From Clostridiaceae bacterium (GTDB lineage Bacteria; Bacillota; Clostridia; Oscillospirales; Butyricicoccaceae): a DNA stretch of 64,000 nt. Below, one piece after another: positions 37,765 to 47,837 of this stretch. The translations under genes and the position numbers were made by a program. Within the stretch, counting starts at the first letter, position 1. Every line of letters begins with the position of its first letter. Location: positions 67,297 to 131,296 of the forward strand of contig JAYFQP010000006.1 of NCBI GenBank assembly GCA_034926865.1. The letters are read 5' to 3'. The notes beneath the pieces were generated by a model. That model saw only the letters and a list, made by a program, of their open reading frames with translations. It made no database searches and was not told the DNA's origin.

Positions 37765-39231
37765 TTGATCAAAGAAAAGGAATACTCGATCATAATAGAT
37801 GAAGACAGGCCATTTGACAAAGTTCACGAGGAATGTGGCGTTTTTGGCATAGTCTGCGGTAAGGATGAGCAATGTTTACCCGCATGGGAGGCATACCATG
37901 CGCTTTTCGCCCTGCAGCATAGGGGGCAGGAAAGCTGCGGTATAGCGGTAAACGACAGAGGAGTTCTTACGCTTCATAAAGACGTCGGGCTTGTGCCCGA
38001 AGTCTTTTCCTCAGAGATACTTGACAAAATGCCCGGACAGATGGCCATAGGCCATTGCCGCTACTCGACTACCGGAAGTTCTCTGCGTGAAAATGCCCAG
38101 CCAATATTGGCTCGCCATATAAAGGGGACGTTGGCGCTGGCACATAACGGAAACCTTGTAAACGCAACTGAACTCCGCAAGGAGATAGAGCTTTCAGGCG
38201 GAATATTTCAAACGACTAACGACAGTGAGGTAATCGCTCATATGATAGTTCGAGAGCGCCTAAGCTCCAGCTCTATCGAAGAGGCGGTTTATAAATCTAT
38301 GCACAGAATCAAGGGTGCATATTCAATCGTTATTATGTCGCCCCGAAAGATGATCGCGGCTCGCGATCCCAACGGTTTCAGGCCCCTTTGCATAGGAAAG
38401 CGCGGGGAATCATATATTTTCGCTTCTGAGACATGCGCGCTTGACGCTCTGGGAGCTGAATTTGTCAGGGACATCGAGCCAGGCGAGATTGTCACCTGTA
38501 TTGGCGGCGAACTGCATTCCACCTTCTGTCAGGACAAGGCGGATTCAACGACATGTATTTTTGAATATATTTATTTTGCAAGGCCGGACAGCGTTATTGA
38601 CGGAGCTTCTGTAGAGATGGCACGTCAGGAATGTGGCAAATACCTTGCACAGACGTTCCCCGTAGATGCCGATATAGTTATCGGCGTGCCTGACAGTGGC
38701 ATCCCGGCGGCAATAGGCTACAGCAAATATTCTGGCATACCATACGGCGTAGGACTTATTAAAAACAGGTATGTTGCCAGAACATTTATTCAGCCGACAC
38801 AGGAGATGCGCGAAAGGGCAGTAAAAATAAAACTCAACGCCCTTGCTACAGCGGTAAAGGGTCAAAGGGTAATAATGGTGGATGACTCTATCGTCAGAGG
38901 TACCACCTGTGCCAGAATAGTTAGGCTTCTTAAGGAGGCCGGGGCCACCGAGGTTCATGTGAGGGTGTCTTCTCCTCCGTTCCTGTTTCCATGCTACTTT
39001 GGAACTGACGTTCCTGATAAAGAGAATCTTATAGCACATAACCGCACCATTGAGGAAATGCGCGATATCATAGGAGCTGATTCTCTTGGCTTCCTTCCTA
39101 TCGAGGCTACGCGCAAGCTGGCGCCTTCTGCCAGATGTGGCTTCTGCGATGCCTGTTTCAGCGGTAATTACCCCATTCCGGTGCCCGAAAAGGTTGAAAA
39201 AAATCCATTTGAACAGAGGTTGGAAATATGA
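37765..39231 (+). CDS. purF: amidophosphoribosyltransferase
   Basis: TTG start with a GGGAG RBS. A propeptide precedes the catalytic Cys (CGVFGI). A PRTase motif and C-terminal Cys ligands are present. Confidence 0.9.
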   Translation: MIKEKEYSIIIDEDRPFDKVHEECGVFGIVCGKDEQCLPAWEAYHALFALQHRGQESCGIAVNDRGVLTLHKDVGLVPEVFSSEILDKMPGQMAIGHCRYSTTGSSLRENAQPILARHIKGTLALAHNGNLVNATELRKEIELSGGIFQTTNDSEVIAHMIVRERLSSSSIEEAVYKSMHRIKGAYSIVIMSPRKMIAARDPNGFRPLCIGKRGESYIFASETCALDALGAEFVRDIEPGEIVTCIGGELHSTFCQDKADSTTCIFEYIYFARPDSVIDGASVEMARQECGKYLAQTFPVDADIVIGVPDSGIPAAIGYSKYSGIPYGVGLIKNRYVARTFIQPTQEMRERAVKIKLNALATAVKGQRVIMVDDSIVRGTTCARIVRLLKEAGATEVHVRVSSPPFLFPCYFGTDVPDKENLIAHNRTIEEMRDIIGADSLGFLPIEATRKLAPSARCGFCDACFSGNYPIPVPEKVEKNPFEQRLEI

Positions 39232-40265
39232 GCCATAACGACAGCCACAGCGAAAGCTATGCTAAGGCCGGCGTAGATGTGACGGCCGGATATGATACAG
39301 TAAAAAAAATAAAGCCTATGGTGGAAAGCACTTATATTCCCGGCGTGATAGGCTCAATAGGCGGGTTCGGCGGCATGTTTGCCCCTGATGTCACGGGGAT
39401 GAAGCAGCCGGTGCTGGTTTCGGGCGCCGACGGCGTTGGGACAAAGCTCAGGATAGCTTTTGCACTTAACAAGCACGATACCGTCGGGATTGACTGCGTG
39501 GCAATGTGTGTAAACGATATTGCATGTTCGGGGGCGAAGCCCATCTTTTTCCTTGATTATCTTGCAGTTGGCAAGCTGGATCCCTCGGTAGCCGCTGATA
39601 TAGTATCAGGCGTTGCCGAAGGTTGCCGCCAGGCAGGATGCGCCCTTGTTGGAGGGGAAACTGCTGAAATGCCCGGCTTTTACCCTGTTGGTGAATACGA
39701 TCTTGCAGGATTTGCCGTAGGAATAGTAGACAGGGATCAGATGCTTGAGGAAAGTCTTCTTAAAGAAGGCGATGTTCTTATTGGCGTTGCATCCTCGGGG
39801 ATGCACTCGAACGGGTTCTCCCTTGCAAGAAAGGTTTTGGGAGATGATGTAGAGAGTCTTTCTGCACCGCTTGGGGATAGCACAGTTGGACATGCTCTGC
39901 TGACACCCACAAAGATATATGTTAAAACACTTGAAGCTGTAAGAAATGTATGCGAGATAAAGTCTGTCGCGCATATCACGGGGGGAGGCTGGTATGAGAA
40001 TATTCCAAGAGCGCTGCCCGAGAATATAACGGCAAGGCTCTATAAAAATGCTCTGCCTGTGCCCGCTGTTTTTAAGACTATTATGGAGAAGGGCAATATA
40101 CCTGAAAGGGATATGTACAATACCTTTAATATGGGTGTTGGGCTTGTAATAGGCGTAGCTCCTGAATATAAGGAAAAGGTTCTTGCCGCTATTGAAAAAG
40201 CAGGGGAGAAAGCTGCTGTGCTCGGCGAGTGTGTCAAGGGCGAAAAGGGAATAGAAATATGCTGA
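39228..40265 (+). CDS. purM: AIR synthetase
   Basis: 345 aa with DGVGTK and GGETAEMPG motifs. Confidence 0.9.
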   Translation: MSHNDSHSESYAKAGVDVTAGYDTVKKIKPMVESTYIPGVIGSIGGFGGMFAPDVTGMKQPVLVSGADGVGTKLRIAFALNKHDTVGIDCVAMCVNDIACSGAKPIFFLDYLAVGKLDPSVAADIVSGVAEGCRQAGCALVGGETAEMPGFYPVGEYDLAGFAVGIVDRDQMLEESLLKEGDVLIGVASSGMHSNGFSLARKVLGDDVESLSAPLGDSTVGHALLTPTKIYVKTLEAVRNVCEIKSVAHITGGGWYENIPRALPENITARLYKNALPVPAVFKTIMEKGNIPERDMYNTFNMGVGLVIGVAPEYKEKVLAAIEKAGEKAAVLGECVKGEKGIEIC

Positions 40266-40885
40266 AAATAGCGGTTTTCGTGTCAGGGGGAGGAACAAAT
40301 CTTCAGGCACTTATAGACTGCCAGCAGAAAGACGGGCTTGGCGGCGGTGAAATAACCGCCGTCATCTCCTCAAAAAGGGATGCCTATGCCCTGGAGAGGG
40401 CTGAAAACGCAGGGATAAAAGGATATTATGTGTCCGCTAAAGGGCTTTCAGCAGATGAATATGGGCAAAAGCTTATTGAGCTGCTCGAAAGAGAGATACA
40501 GCCAGATCTTATAGTTTTGGCGGGATTTCTCAAGGTGCTCAGCCCATCTTTCTGCGAGCGCTATAAAGGCAGGATGATAAATATACATCCCGCGCTCATT
40601 CCCTCTTTTTGCGGGGATGGCATGTATGGCCTGAAGGTTCATGAGGCTGCTATTGAAAAGGGAGTGAAGGTCAGCGGGGCCACTGTGCATTTTGTAGACG
40701 TTGTTACAGATGGAGGGCCCATAATCCTTCAAAAGGCCGTAGAGGTCATGGATAGTGATACGCCCGAAAGCCTGCAGAAGCGGATAATGGAGGAAGCAGA
40801 ACACATTCTTCTTCCAAAAGCCGTAAGGCTTTATTGTGCAGGGGCGCTAAAGATAGAAAATGGCAGAGTAAGGATAACTAAATAA
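40259..40885 (+). CDS. purN: GAR formyltransferase
   Basis: MLKIAVFVSGGGTNLQALID and NIHPALIP motifs. The ATG at 40259 overlaps the purM end. Confidence 0.85.
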   Translation: MLKIAVFVSGGGTNLQALIDCQQKDGLGGGEITAVISSKRDAYALERAENAGIKGYYVSAKGLSADEYGQKLIELLEREIQPDLIVLAGFLKVLSPSFCERYKGRMINIHPALIPSFCGDGMYGLKVHEAAIEKGVKVSGATVHFVDVVTDGGPIILQKAVEVMDSDTPESLQKRIMEEAEHILLPKAVRLYCAGALKIENGRVRITK

Positions 40886-40907
40886 TTTTCACCGGAGGTA
40901 TAATGAT

Positions 40908-42440
40908 ATGAAAAGCGCGCTTATTAGCGTTTCTGATAAAACAGGCGTCCTGGAGTTCGCCTTGGGGCTTGAAAAGCTGGGGTACCGTATACTTTCCACA
41001 GGAGGAACCGCAAAGGCTTTAAGAGATGGCGGGGCAGCCGTCACTGATGTTTCAGAGATAACGGGTTTTCCCGAATGCCTTGACGGGAGAGTAAAGACTC
41101 TTCATCCGGCAGTACATGGCGGAATTCTTGCAATGCGCTCCCGCCCTGAGCATATGGAGCAGCTTAAAAAGCTGGGTATTGACACAATTGATATCGTGGC
41201 TATAAATCTCTATCCTTTTAAGGCTACAATTTCAAAAGAGAACGTAGCGCTTGAGGAAGCGATAGAGAATATCGATATAGGCGGGCCCACAATGCTAAGA
41301 GCAGCCGCGAAGAATTGGCAGGATGTATGCGTTGTGACAGACAACCATGATTATCAGCCTCTTCTCGAGGCTCTTCAAAACGGGGGAGCCACAAGAGAGC
41401 AAAAATTTGCTTGGGCTCAGAAGGTCTTTGAGCATACGGCAAATTATGATACCATGATAGCCCGTTATCTTGCAGGCAAGGAGGGGCTTGTTTTTCCTGA
41501 GGTTATTTCTTATACCTATGAGAAGGCACAGGATCTGCGCTATGGAGAGAATCCCCATCAGCAAGGCGCGTTCTATAAGGATGGTCTTGTAAAACGAGGA
41601 ACATTGGCTCAGGCAAAGCAGCTTCATGGCAAGGAACTTTCCTTTAACAATATCAATGATACGGCGGCAGCAATAGCTCTTTTGAAAGAGTATGACGGAC
41701 AGATCGCGGCCGTTGGAGTAAAGCATGCTAACCCCTGTGGCTGCGGCATCGGCAATAATCTGCTTGAAGCTTACACAAGGGCATACGACAGTGACCCTGT
41801 CTCAATATACGGAGGGATAGTCGCGGTCAACACAGAGGTAGACGGAGATACTGCCAAGAAGCTGGCAGAAATATTCCTTGAAGTCATAGTTGCTCCTTCG
41901 TTCAGCCCTGAAGCCCTCGCGATACTTGAAAAGAAGAAGAATATCCGTCTTTTGGAGCTCGAGGGGTGCGGAGAGAAAAGCCGTGATGCTTTTGATATGA
42001 AAAAGATAGACGGCGGCCTTCTTGTGCAGACCAGAGACAGCGAAAGCGGCCTTGGAGATTATAAGGTGGTCACAAAGAGAATGCCCACCGCAAGTGAGTT
42101 GGAGGCTATGGCCTTTGGCTGGAAGGTTGTAAAGCACACCCGTTCAAACGCTATTGTACTGACAAACGAAAATGCTTCTTTGGGCGTAGGCCCTGGACAG
42201 ACCAACCGGATAACAGCCCTTGAGCTGGCGATAAAATATGCCGGAGACAGAGCAAAAGGCAGCGTTATGGCTTCCGATGCATATCTGCCGTTTGACGATT
42301 GCGTGAAAGCAGCTGCCGCAGCAGGAGTAACAGCTATTGTACAGCCCGGCGGATCGATAAGAGATGAAGATTCTATCAAGGCCTGCGATGAATACGGTAT
42401 TGCTATGATATTTACAGGGATGCGCCATTTTAAGCATTGA
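40908..42440 (+). CDS. purH: bifunctional AICAR transformylase / IMP cyclohydrolase
   Basis: 510 aa with an MGS-like N-terminal domain (ALISVSDKTG) and an AICARFT domain. Confidence 0.9.
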   Translation: MKSALISVSDKTGVLEFALGLEKLGYRILSTGGTAKALRDGGAAVTDVSEITGFPECLDGRVKTLHPAVHGGILAMRSRPEHMEQLKKLGIDTIDIVAINLYPFKATISKENVALEEAIENIDIGGPTMLRAAAKNWQDVCVVTDNHDYQPLLEALQNGGATREQKFAWAQKVFEHTANYDTMIARYLAGKEGLVFPEVISYTYEKAQDLRYGENPHQQGAFYKDGLVKRGTLAQAKQLHGKELSFNNINDTAAAIALLKEYDGQIAAVGVKHANPCGCGIGNNLLEAYTRAYDSDPVSIYGGIVAVNTEVDGDTAKKLAEIFLEVIVAPSFSPEALAILEKKKNIRLLELEGCGEKSRDAFDMKKIDGGLLVQTRDSESGLGDYKVVTKRMPTASELEAMAFGWKVVKHTRSNAIVLTNENASLGVGPGQTNRITALELAIKYAGDRAKGSVMASDAYLPFDDCVKAAAAAGVTAIVQPGGSIRDEDSIKACDEYGIAMIFTGMRHFKH

Positions 42441-42469
42441 TTCGTTTGAGTATTTAGGAGATTTTATTG

Positions 42470-43738
42470 ATGAAGATACTTGTTATAGGAGGCGGTGGCA
42501 GAGAGCATGCCGTTGCCAAAGCACTTGCAAAAAATGTTGCTGTTGAAAAAATATGGGTTGCCCCCGGTAATGGAGGCACGGCCTCTTTTTGTGAAAATCT
42601 GAATATAGCCGCAACTGATCTTAAGGGAGTACTTGATTTTTGCCTTGAGAAGAGGCCGGACTTTGTTGTTGTAACTCCTGATGATCCCCTGGCCCTTGGC
42701 ATGGTCGATTTGCTAGAGGATAATGATATCCCTTGCTTTGGGCCAAGGAAGGCTGCTGCAAGGCTTGAGTGGTCAAAGAGCTATGCTAAGGAGTTTATGG
42801 GGAAATATAACATACCTACGGCCAAGTGCCATGTTTGCGAGGATGCAAAGGCCGCTAAAGCGTATGTGAAAAAGTGCCAGATACCGATCGTTCTTAAAGC
42901 GGACGGGCTTGCCCAGGGAAAAGGCGTGGTTGTGGCTCTTACAAGAGAAGAAGCTGTGGCTGCACAGGCTCAGCTGTCATACGGCAGAAATGATCAGGTT
43001 ATGGTGTTTGAAGAGATGCTGACAGGGCCTGAGGTTTCCATCCTTTGCTTTACCGACGGCAAGACGATAGTACCAATGCCTGCAGCTCAGGATCATAAAC
43101 GCGCTTATGACGGAGACAAGGGCCCAAATACAGGCGGAATGGGGGCATATTCACCTGTTTCGGCATACACAGAAGAGCTTTCAGAAAGATGTATGCGGGA
43201 GATATTCCTTCCCACTATAAGGGGAATGGAGCAGGAGGGAACGCCTTTTAAAGGTGTTCTTTATTTCAGCCTTATGCTTACAGAGAAGGGCCCCAAGGTT
43301 ATAGAGTATAATGCGCGTTTCGGCGATCCGGAAACCCAGGTAGTTCTTCCGCTTTTGAACGCGGATCTGCTCAATATCATGATTGCCGTAAGGTCAGAAA
43401 AGCTTGATAAGGCCAAAATAAAGTTTCTTGATAATTATTCTGCCTGTGTCGTTATGGCAAGCGGGGGATATCCTTCAGCCTATGAAAAGGGCAAGCTTAT
43501 ATGCGGAATAGAAGAAGCCGGACATTTTGGAACAGTGTACCATGCTGGCACGAAGAAAACCTTTGATGGCAGCTTTGTGACATCAGGAGGCAGGGTCTTA
43601 TGTGTTTCTTCGTTGGGAAGAAGCCTGCGCCAGGCGCTGCGAAACTGCTACCGTGGGGTCGAGACTATAAGGTTCGAGGGCGCTTATTACCGCAGAGATA
43701 TCGGCAGTAAGGATGCCGCCATTGTGAGGGAGGAATAA
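42470..43738 (+). CDS. purD: GAR synthetase
   Basis: MKILVIGGGGREHA with an ATP-grasp fold. The track begins one codon earlier, at TTG 42467. Confidence 0.9.
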   Translation: MKILVIGGGGREHAVAKALAKNVAVEKIWVAPGNGGTASFCENLNIAATDLKGVLDFCLEKRPDFVVVTPDDPLALGMVDLLEDNDIPCFGPRKAAARLEWSKSYAKEFMGKYNIPTAKCHVCEDAKAAKAYVKKCQIPIVLKADGLAQGKGVVVALTREEAVAAQAQLSYGRNDQVMVFEEMLTGPEVSILCFTDGKTIVPMPAAQDHKRAYDGDKGPNTGGMGAYSPVSAYTEELSERCMREIFLPTIRGMEQEGTPFKGVLYFSLMLTEKGPKVIEYNARFGDPETQVVLPLLNADLLNIMIAVRSEKLDKAKIKFLDNYSACVVMASGGYPSAYEKGKLICGIEEAGHFGTVYHAGTKKTFDGSFVTSGGRVLCVSSLGRSLRQALRNCYRGVETIRFEGAYYRRDIGSKDAAIVREE

Positions 43739-43739
43739 C

Positions 43740-46700
43740 ATGGCAAAGGTTTTCAGATGCTATACTGAAAAACGGCAGGGGTTCGACATAGAGGCGAAAG
43801 GTCTTCTTTCGCGTCTTAGAAGTGAAGAGGGAATAGACTGCCTTGAAAAAGTCAGGATATTAAACCGGTACGACTGTCAGGGAATAGATGAGCAGACTTA
43901 TCAGCTTGCCTGTGAGGGCGTTTTTTCCGAGCCTGCCTGCGACGAAGTATATCATGAGGAGCTGCCTTTTGAGGGTGACTGGACTCTTATAGTCGAGGCG
44001 CTGCCCGGGCAGTTTGATATGAGGGCAGATTCATGCCGACAGTGCATAGCCCTTATGACCAGAGGCGAGCGCCCCCTTGTTAAAAATGCCGTAATGTACG
44101 TTTTTTACGGTAATCTGTCAGATGAAGATAAGTTAAAGATATCAAAGAGCCTTATTAACCCCGTTGAAAGCCGAGAAGCTTCAGAGAAAAAACCTGAGAG
44201 TCTTGAAGATAGCTATCCTCAGCCTGAGGCGGTTCCCTATCTTACTGATCTGATGGCGGAAGCAGATCTTGATAGTTATATAGAGAGATACGGTCTTGCG
44301 ATGGACAGCGCTGACCTTGACTTTCTGCGGGAGTATTTCAAGGGCGAGGGCAGAGCCCCCAGTCTGACTGAGCTCAGAATGATAGATACCTATTGGTCTG
44401 ATCATTGCAGGCATACTACTTTTCTCACACATCTTGACGACATTAAAATCGATGATGAAAAGGTAAAGGCGGCATATGACAGCTACCTTGAGGGAAGGCG
44501 CTTTGTTTACGGTGATAAGGCCAAGGCACGCCCCGTAACACTTATGGATATTGCCACAGCAGGAGCAAAGGTGCTGAAAAAGCAGGGGTATCTGGCTAAC
44601 CTCGACGAAAGCGAAGAGATAAATGCCTGCTCCATAAAGATAAAGGCCGATGTTGACGGCACGGAAGAGCCTTGGCTTTTGATGTATAAAAATGAGACGC
44701 ACAATCATCCCACTGAGATAGAGCCCTTCGGCGGCGCTGCAACATGCCTTGGAGGGGCGATAAGAGATCCTCTTTCCGGCAGGGCTTATGTATATCAGGC
44801 AATGAGGGTTACAGGAGCCGGTGATCCTAACACCCCTCTTTCTGAGACTCTGGAGAACAAGCTTCCACAGAGGACTATATGCCGTAAAGCCGCTCAGGGC
44901 TACAGCTCATACGGAAATCAGATAGGGCTTTCGACAGGTCTTGTTTCTGAGCTTTACCATCCCGGATATGTGGCCAAGCGCCTCGAGACAGGCGCTGTTG
45001 TTGCCGCAGCTCCGGAGAGCAATGTAGTGAGAAAAGTCCCTGAACCTGGAGATGTAATAGTGCTTTTGGGCGGTAAAACGGGACGAGACGGCTGCGGCGG
45101 GGCTACAGGCTCTTCAAAGAGCCATAGCAGCGAGAGCCTTGAAAGCTGCGGGGCCGAGGTGCAGAAGGGCAACGCCCCAGAAGAACGCAAAATACAGCGC
45201 TTATTTAGAAACGGCGAAGCAACAAGGATGATAAAGCGCTGCAACGATTTTGGCGCGGGCGGTGTATCAGTAGCCATAGGTGAGCTTGCCGATGGGCTTG
45301 ATATAGATCTTGATATGGTGCCCAAGAAATATGACGGGCTTGACGGAACTGAGCTTGCCATAAGCGAGTCACAGGAAAGAATGGCTGTCGTACTGGCCCC
45401 TGAAGACGTAGAAAAGTTTATAGCTCTTGCCGCTGGCGAGAATCTTGAAACAGCTATTGTGGCTCATGTAACAGAATTGCCAAGGCTTAAAATGAGATGG
45501 CGCGGAGAGATGATTTGCGATATTTCACGTGAGTTTTTGAACTCCAACGGGGCAGAAAAGCATGCTTCCATATTTGTTCCAAAACAGGATATAAAGAATG
45601 TCGAGCTTCCCAGCGGCGATATTGCAAAGGCTGTAATTGACCGTCTCAGTCATGAGAGCGTATGCTTGCAGAAGGGCCTTGGAACAAGATTTGACGGGTC
45701 AATAGGCGCAGCTTCTGTTCTGATGCCATATGGCGGCAAAAATCAGCTTACACCCACACAGGTAATGGCTGCTAAACTCCCTGTACTTGATGGGGAGACG
45801 AATACAGCTTCTGTTATGGCCTATGGCTTTGATCCTTATCTGATGGAGCAAAGCCCATTTAAGGGGGCTATGCTGTCTGTAGTATCCTCGGCGTCAAAGC
45901 TCGTATCAGCGGGTTGTGACCCCAGCGGAGTATACCTGAGCCTTCAGGAGTTCTTTGAAAAGCCCAACCATATGCCAGAGAGGATGGGTAAGCCATTTGC
46001 GGCTCTATTGGGAGCATATGAGGCACAGCAGGCTCTAAAGATGGCAGCTATCGGCGGGAAAGATTCGATGAGTGGTACTTTCAATGATATTGATGTTCCT
46101 CCTACCCTTATTTCCTTTGCGATAACCACTCAGAGCGCGGGAGATATACTTTCTCCGGAGTTCAAGGAGAAGGGCAGCCATGTTTATTATTTTGAATGCC
46201 CCGAGGATATAGAAAAGGTATCCGCGTTCCTTGAAGAAATGTATAGCTTTACTCAGAGCGGAAGAGTGCTTTCGGCTTGGTCGGTTACAGCCGGTGGTAT
46301 TATTGAGGGCATATGCAAGATGGCCATAGGCAATGATATCGGTTTTAGGCTGGATGATGGTTTTGATGAGCGCTGCCTCTTCGGCGGCAGCTTCGGCAGT
46401 ATCATTGCCGAGGTCGACGGCGAATGTGAGGGCTTGATGCTTGGACGTACAGGAGGAAAAACCATAGAGCTCAAGACGGCTGAGATATCGCTTCAGACCG
46501 TCAAAAATGTCCTTATGGATACGCTTGAGCCTATTTATTCCACAAAGACGTCTCAACAGCCGAGGGAAGTTCCGACCTATAGCCATAAAGTAAGGCCTCA
46601 AAAGGCTATGACCAAGGTCGCCGCACCTCAGGCTGTTATACCGGTTTTCCCAGGCACTAACTGTGAATATGACACGCAAAAGGCTATCGAGCGCGCTGGG

Positions 46701-47420
46701 GGCAAGGGAAGGATAGTTCTTATCCGCAACATGTCGCCATCTGCTCTTGAGCAGTCAGCAAATGAGCTTATAGAGGCGCTTAAGTCAAGCCAGATGCTTA
46801 TAATTCCCGGCGGATTTTCAGGCGGAGACGAACCTGATGGAAGTGGCAAGTTTATTCAGGCCTTTTTCCGAAATCCTGCCGTAACAGAACAGATACATGA
46901 GCTTCTCTATAACCGTGACGGCCTTGCCCTTGGCATATGTAACGGCTTCCAGGCGCTCGTAAAGCTTGGGCTTCTTCCGTTCGGAAAAGTGACAAGGCTT
47001 GACAGTACTTGCCCCACAGTCACCTTTAACACCATCGGGCGTCACCAATCAATCTATTCTTATACAAGGGTATCTTCAGTCAAATCTCCCTGGCTTCTTA
47101 AGTGCAATGTGGGCGAAGTTTATAATATACCCTTCTCCCACGGCGAGGGGAGATTTATGGCTGACAGCAAGACTCTTAAAGAACTGGCCCAAAATGGGCA
47201 GATTGCCTTCCAGTACTGTGATGAAAAGGGCAGGCCGAATATGGATATCAATATAAATATCAACGGTTCTGTTGCTGCTATTGAAGGTATAACGAGTCCT
47301 GACGGCAGAGTTCTTGGAAAAATGGGGCATTCTGAGCGCTGCGGAAGCAATGTGGCAAAGAATATTCCCGGTGACAAGTATCAGCCGCTTTTTGAAGGCG
47401 GAGTAGAGTATTTCAGATAG
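43740..47420 (+). CDS. purL: FGAM synthase, single-chain large form (PurS-like + PurL + PurQ glutaminase domains fused)
   Basis: 1226 aa. The C-terminal glutaminase has GICNGFQ and HGEG motifs. Confidence 0.9.
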   Translation: MAKVFRCYTEKRQGFDIEAKGLLSRLRSEEGIDCLEKVRILNRYDCQGIDEQTYQLACEGVFSEPACDEVYHEELPFEGDWTLIVEALPGQFDMRADSCRQCIALMTRGERPLVKNAVMYVFYGNLSDEDKLKISKSLINPVESREASEKKPESLEDSYPQPEAVPYLTDLMAEADLDSYIERYGLAMDSADLDFLREYFKGEGRAPSLTELRMIDTYWSDHCRHTTFLTHLDDIKIDDEKVKAAYDSYLEGRRFVYGDKAKARPVTLMDIATAGAKVLKKQGYLANLDESEEINACSIKIKADVDGTEEPWLLMYKNETHNHPTEIEPFGGAATCLGGAIRDPLSGRAYVYQAMRVTGAGDPNTPLSETLENKLPQRTICRKAAQGYSSYGNQIGLSTGLVSELYHPGYVAKRLETGAVVAAAPESNVVRKVPEPGDVIVLLGGKTGRDGCGGATGSSKSHSSESLESCGAEVQKGNAPEERKIQRLFRNGEATRMIKRCNDFGAGGVSVAIGELADGLDIDLDMVPKKYDGLDGTELAISESQERMAVVLAPEDVEKFIALAAGENLETAIVAHVTELPRLKMRWRGEMICDISREFLNSNGAEKHASIFVPKQDIKNVELPSGDIAKAVIDRLSHESVCLQKGLGTRFDGSIGAASVLMPYGGKNQLTPTQVMAAKLPVLDGETNTASVMAYGFDPYLMEQSPFKGAMLSVVSSASKLVSAGCDPSGVYLSLQEFFEKPNHMPERMGKPFAALLGAYEAQQALKMAAIGGKDSMSGTFNDIDVPPTLISFAITTQSAGDILSPEFKEKGSHVYYFECPEDIEKVSAFLEEMYSFTQSGRVLSAWSVTAGGIIEGICKMAIGNDIGFRLDDGFDERCLFGGSFGSIIAEVDGECEGLMLGRTGGKTIELKTAEISLQTVKNVLMDTLEPIYSTKTSQQPREVPTYSHKVRPQKAMTKVAAPQAVIPVFPGTNCEYDTQKAIERAGGKGRIVLIRNMSPSALEQSANELIEALKSSQMLIIPGGFSGGDEPDGSGKFIQAFFRNPAVTEQIHELLYNRDGLALGICNGFQALVKLGLLPFGKVTRLDSTCPTVTFNTIGRHQSIYSYTRVSSVKSPWLLKCNVGEVYNIPFSHGEGRFMADSKTLKELAQNGQIAFQYCDEKGRPNMDINININGSVAAIEGITSPDGRVLGKMGHSERCGSNVAKNIPGDKYQPLFEGGVEYFR

Positions 47421-47440
47421 TTTTATATGATATTTAAGAA

Positions 47441-47466
47441 GCGGCAGGATTATCCTGCCGTTTCTT
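47441..47466 (+). terminator. intrinsic terminator after purL
   Basis: CGGCAGG / CCTGCCG stem followed by TTTCTT. Confidence 0.65.
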
Positions 47467-47589
47467 ATTAATTTGTCTTTTTGAATATATGATCTATAAG
47501 TAATAACGAATAAATAAAAAAAGAAGGCTTTGGTCTCGTGTAAATACGCTAATTTTCAAAGTAAGATGCAAAAAATGATTTATTCTCCC

Positions 47590-47618
47590 TTGACAAGGGG
47601 GAGGATGAGTAGTATCAT
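47590..47618 (+). promoter_or_regulatory. sigma-A-type promoter of the met leader
   Basis: TTGACA (47590-47595), 17 nt spacer, TATCAT (47613-47618). Confidence 0.65.
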
Positions 47619-47650
47619 AACAACAATACTTTAGAAAGTGAAAGTGATTT

Positions 47651-47764
47651 ATGACAGGTTACGTTTTTGGTATGATGATGATGTGCTCCATGATGTGCGC
47701 TATGTACACCATGTGCATGTGCATGCCTAAAAATAACGGTAACCTGGTAAAATCCCTGTCTTAA
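47651..47764 (+). CDS. Met/Cys-rich leader peptide (37 codons) MTGYVFGMMMMCSMMCAMYTMCMCMPKNNGNLVKSLS
   Basis: ATG at 47651 and TAA at 47762-47764. It has 11 ATG and 4 TGC codons, with 14 of the 18 codons at positions 8-25 being Met or Cys. The SD is weak (AAAGTGA). It lies between a promoter and an intrinsic terminator upstream of metN. It is too short to appear in the ORF track. Confidence 0.6.
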   Translation: MTGYVFGMMMMCSMMCAMYTMCMCMPKNNGNLVKSLS

Positions 47765-47798
47765 GAAGTATTATCGTATAAGCAGGATTTATATTTTG

Positions 47799-47837
47799 CC
47801 GCCGGTTATCGTTTTGATAACCGGCGGTTTTTGTTTT
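47799..47837 (+). terminator. attenuator terminator upstream of metN
   Basis: Perfect 12-bp stem CCGCCGGTTATC (47799-47810) / GATAACCGGCGG (47816-47827), loop GTTTT, then TTTTTGTTTT. Confidence 0.85.

Noticed and set aside
39606-40310. 234-aa minus-strand ORF, plus similar ones at 38545-39039, 41295-41726, 44181-44708 and 46035-46679
   Set aside because: All are antisense to well-supported pur genes, so they are shadow ORFs.
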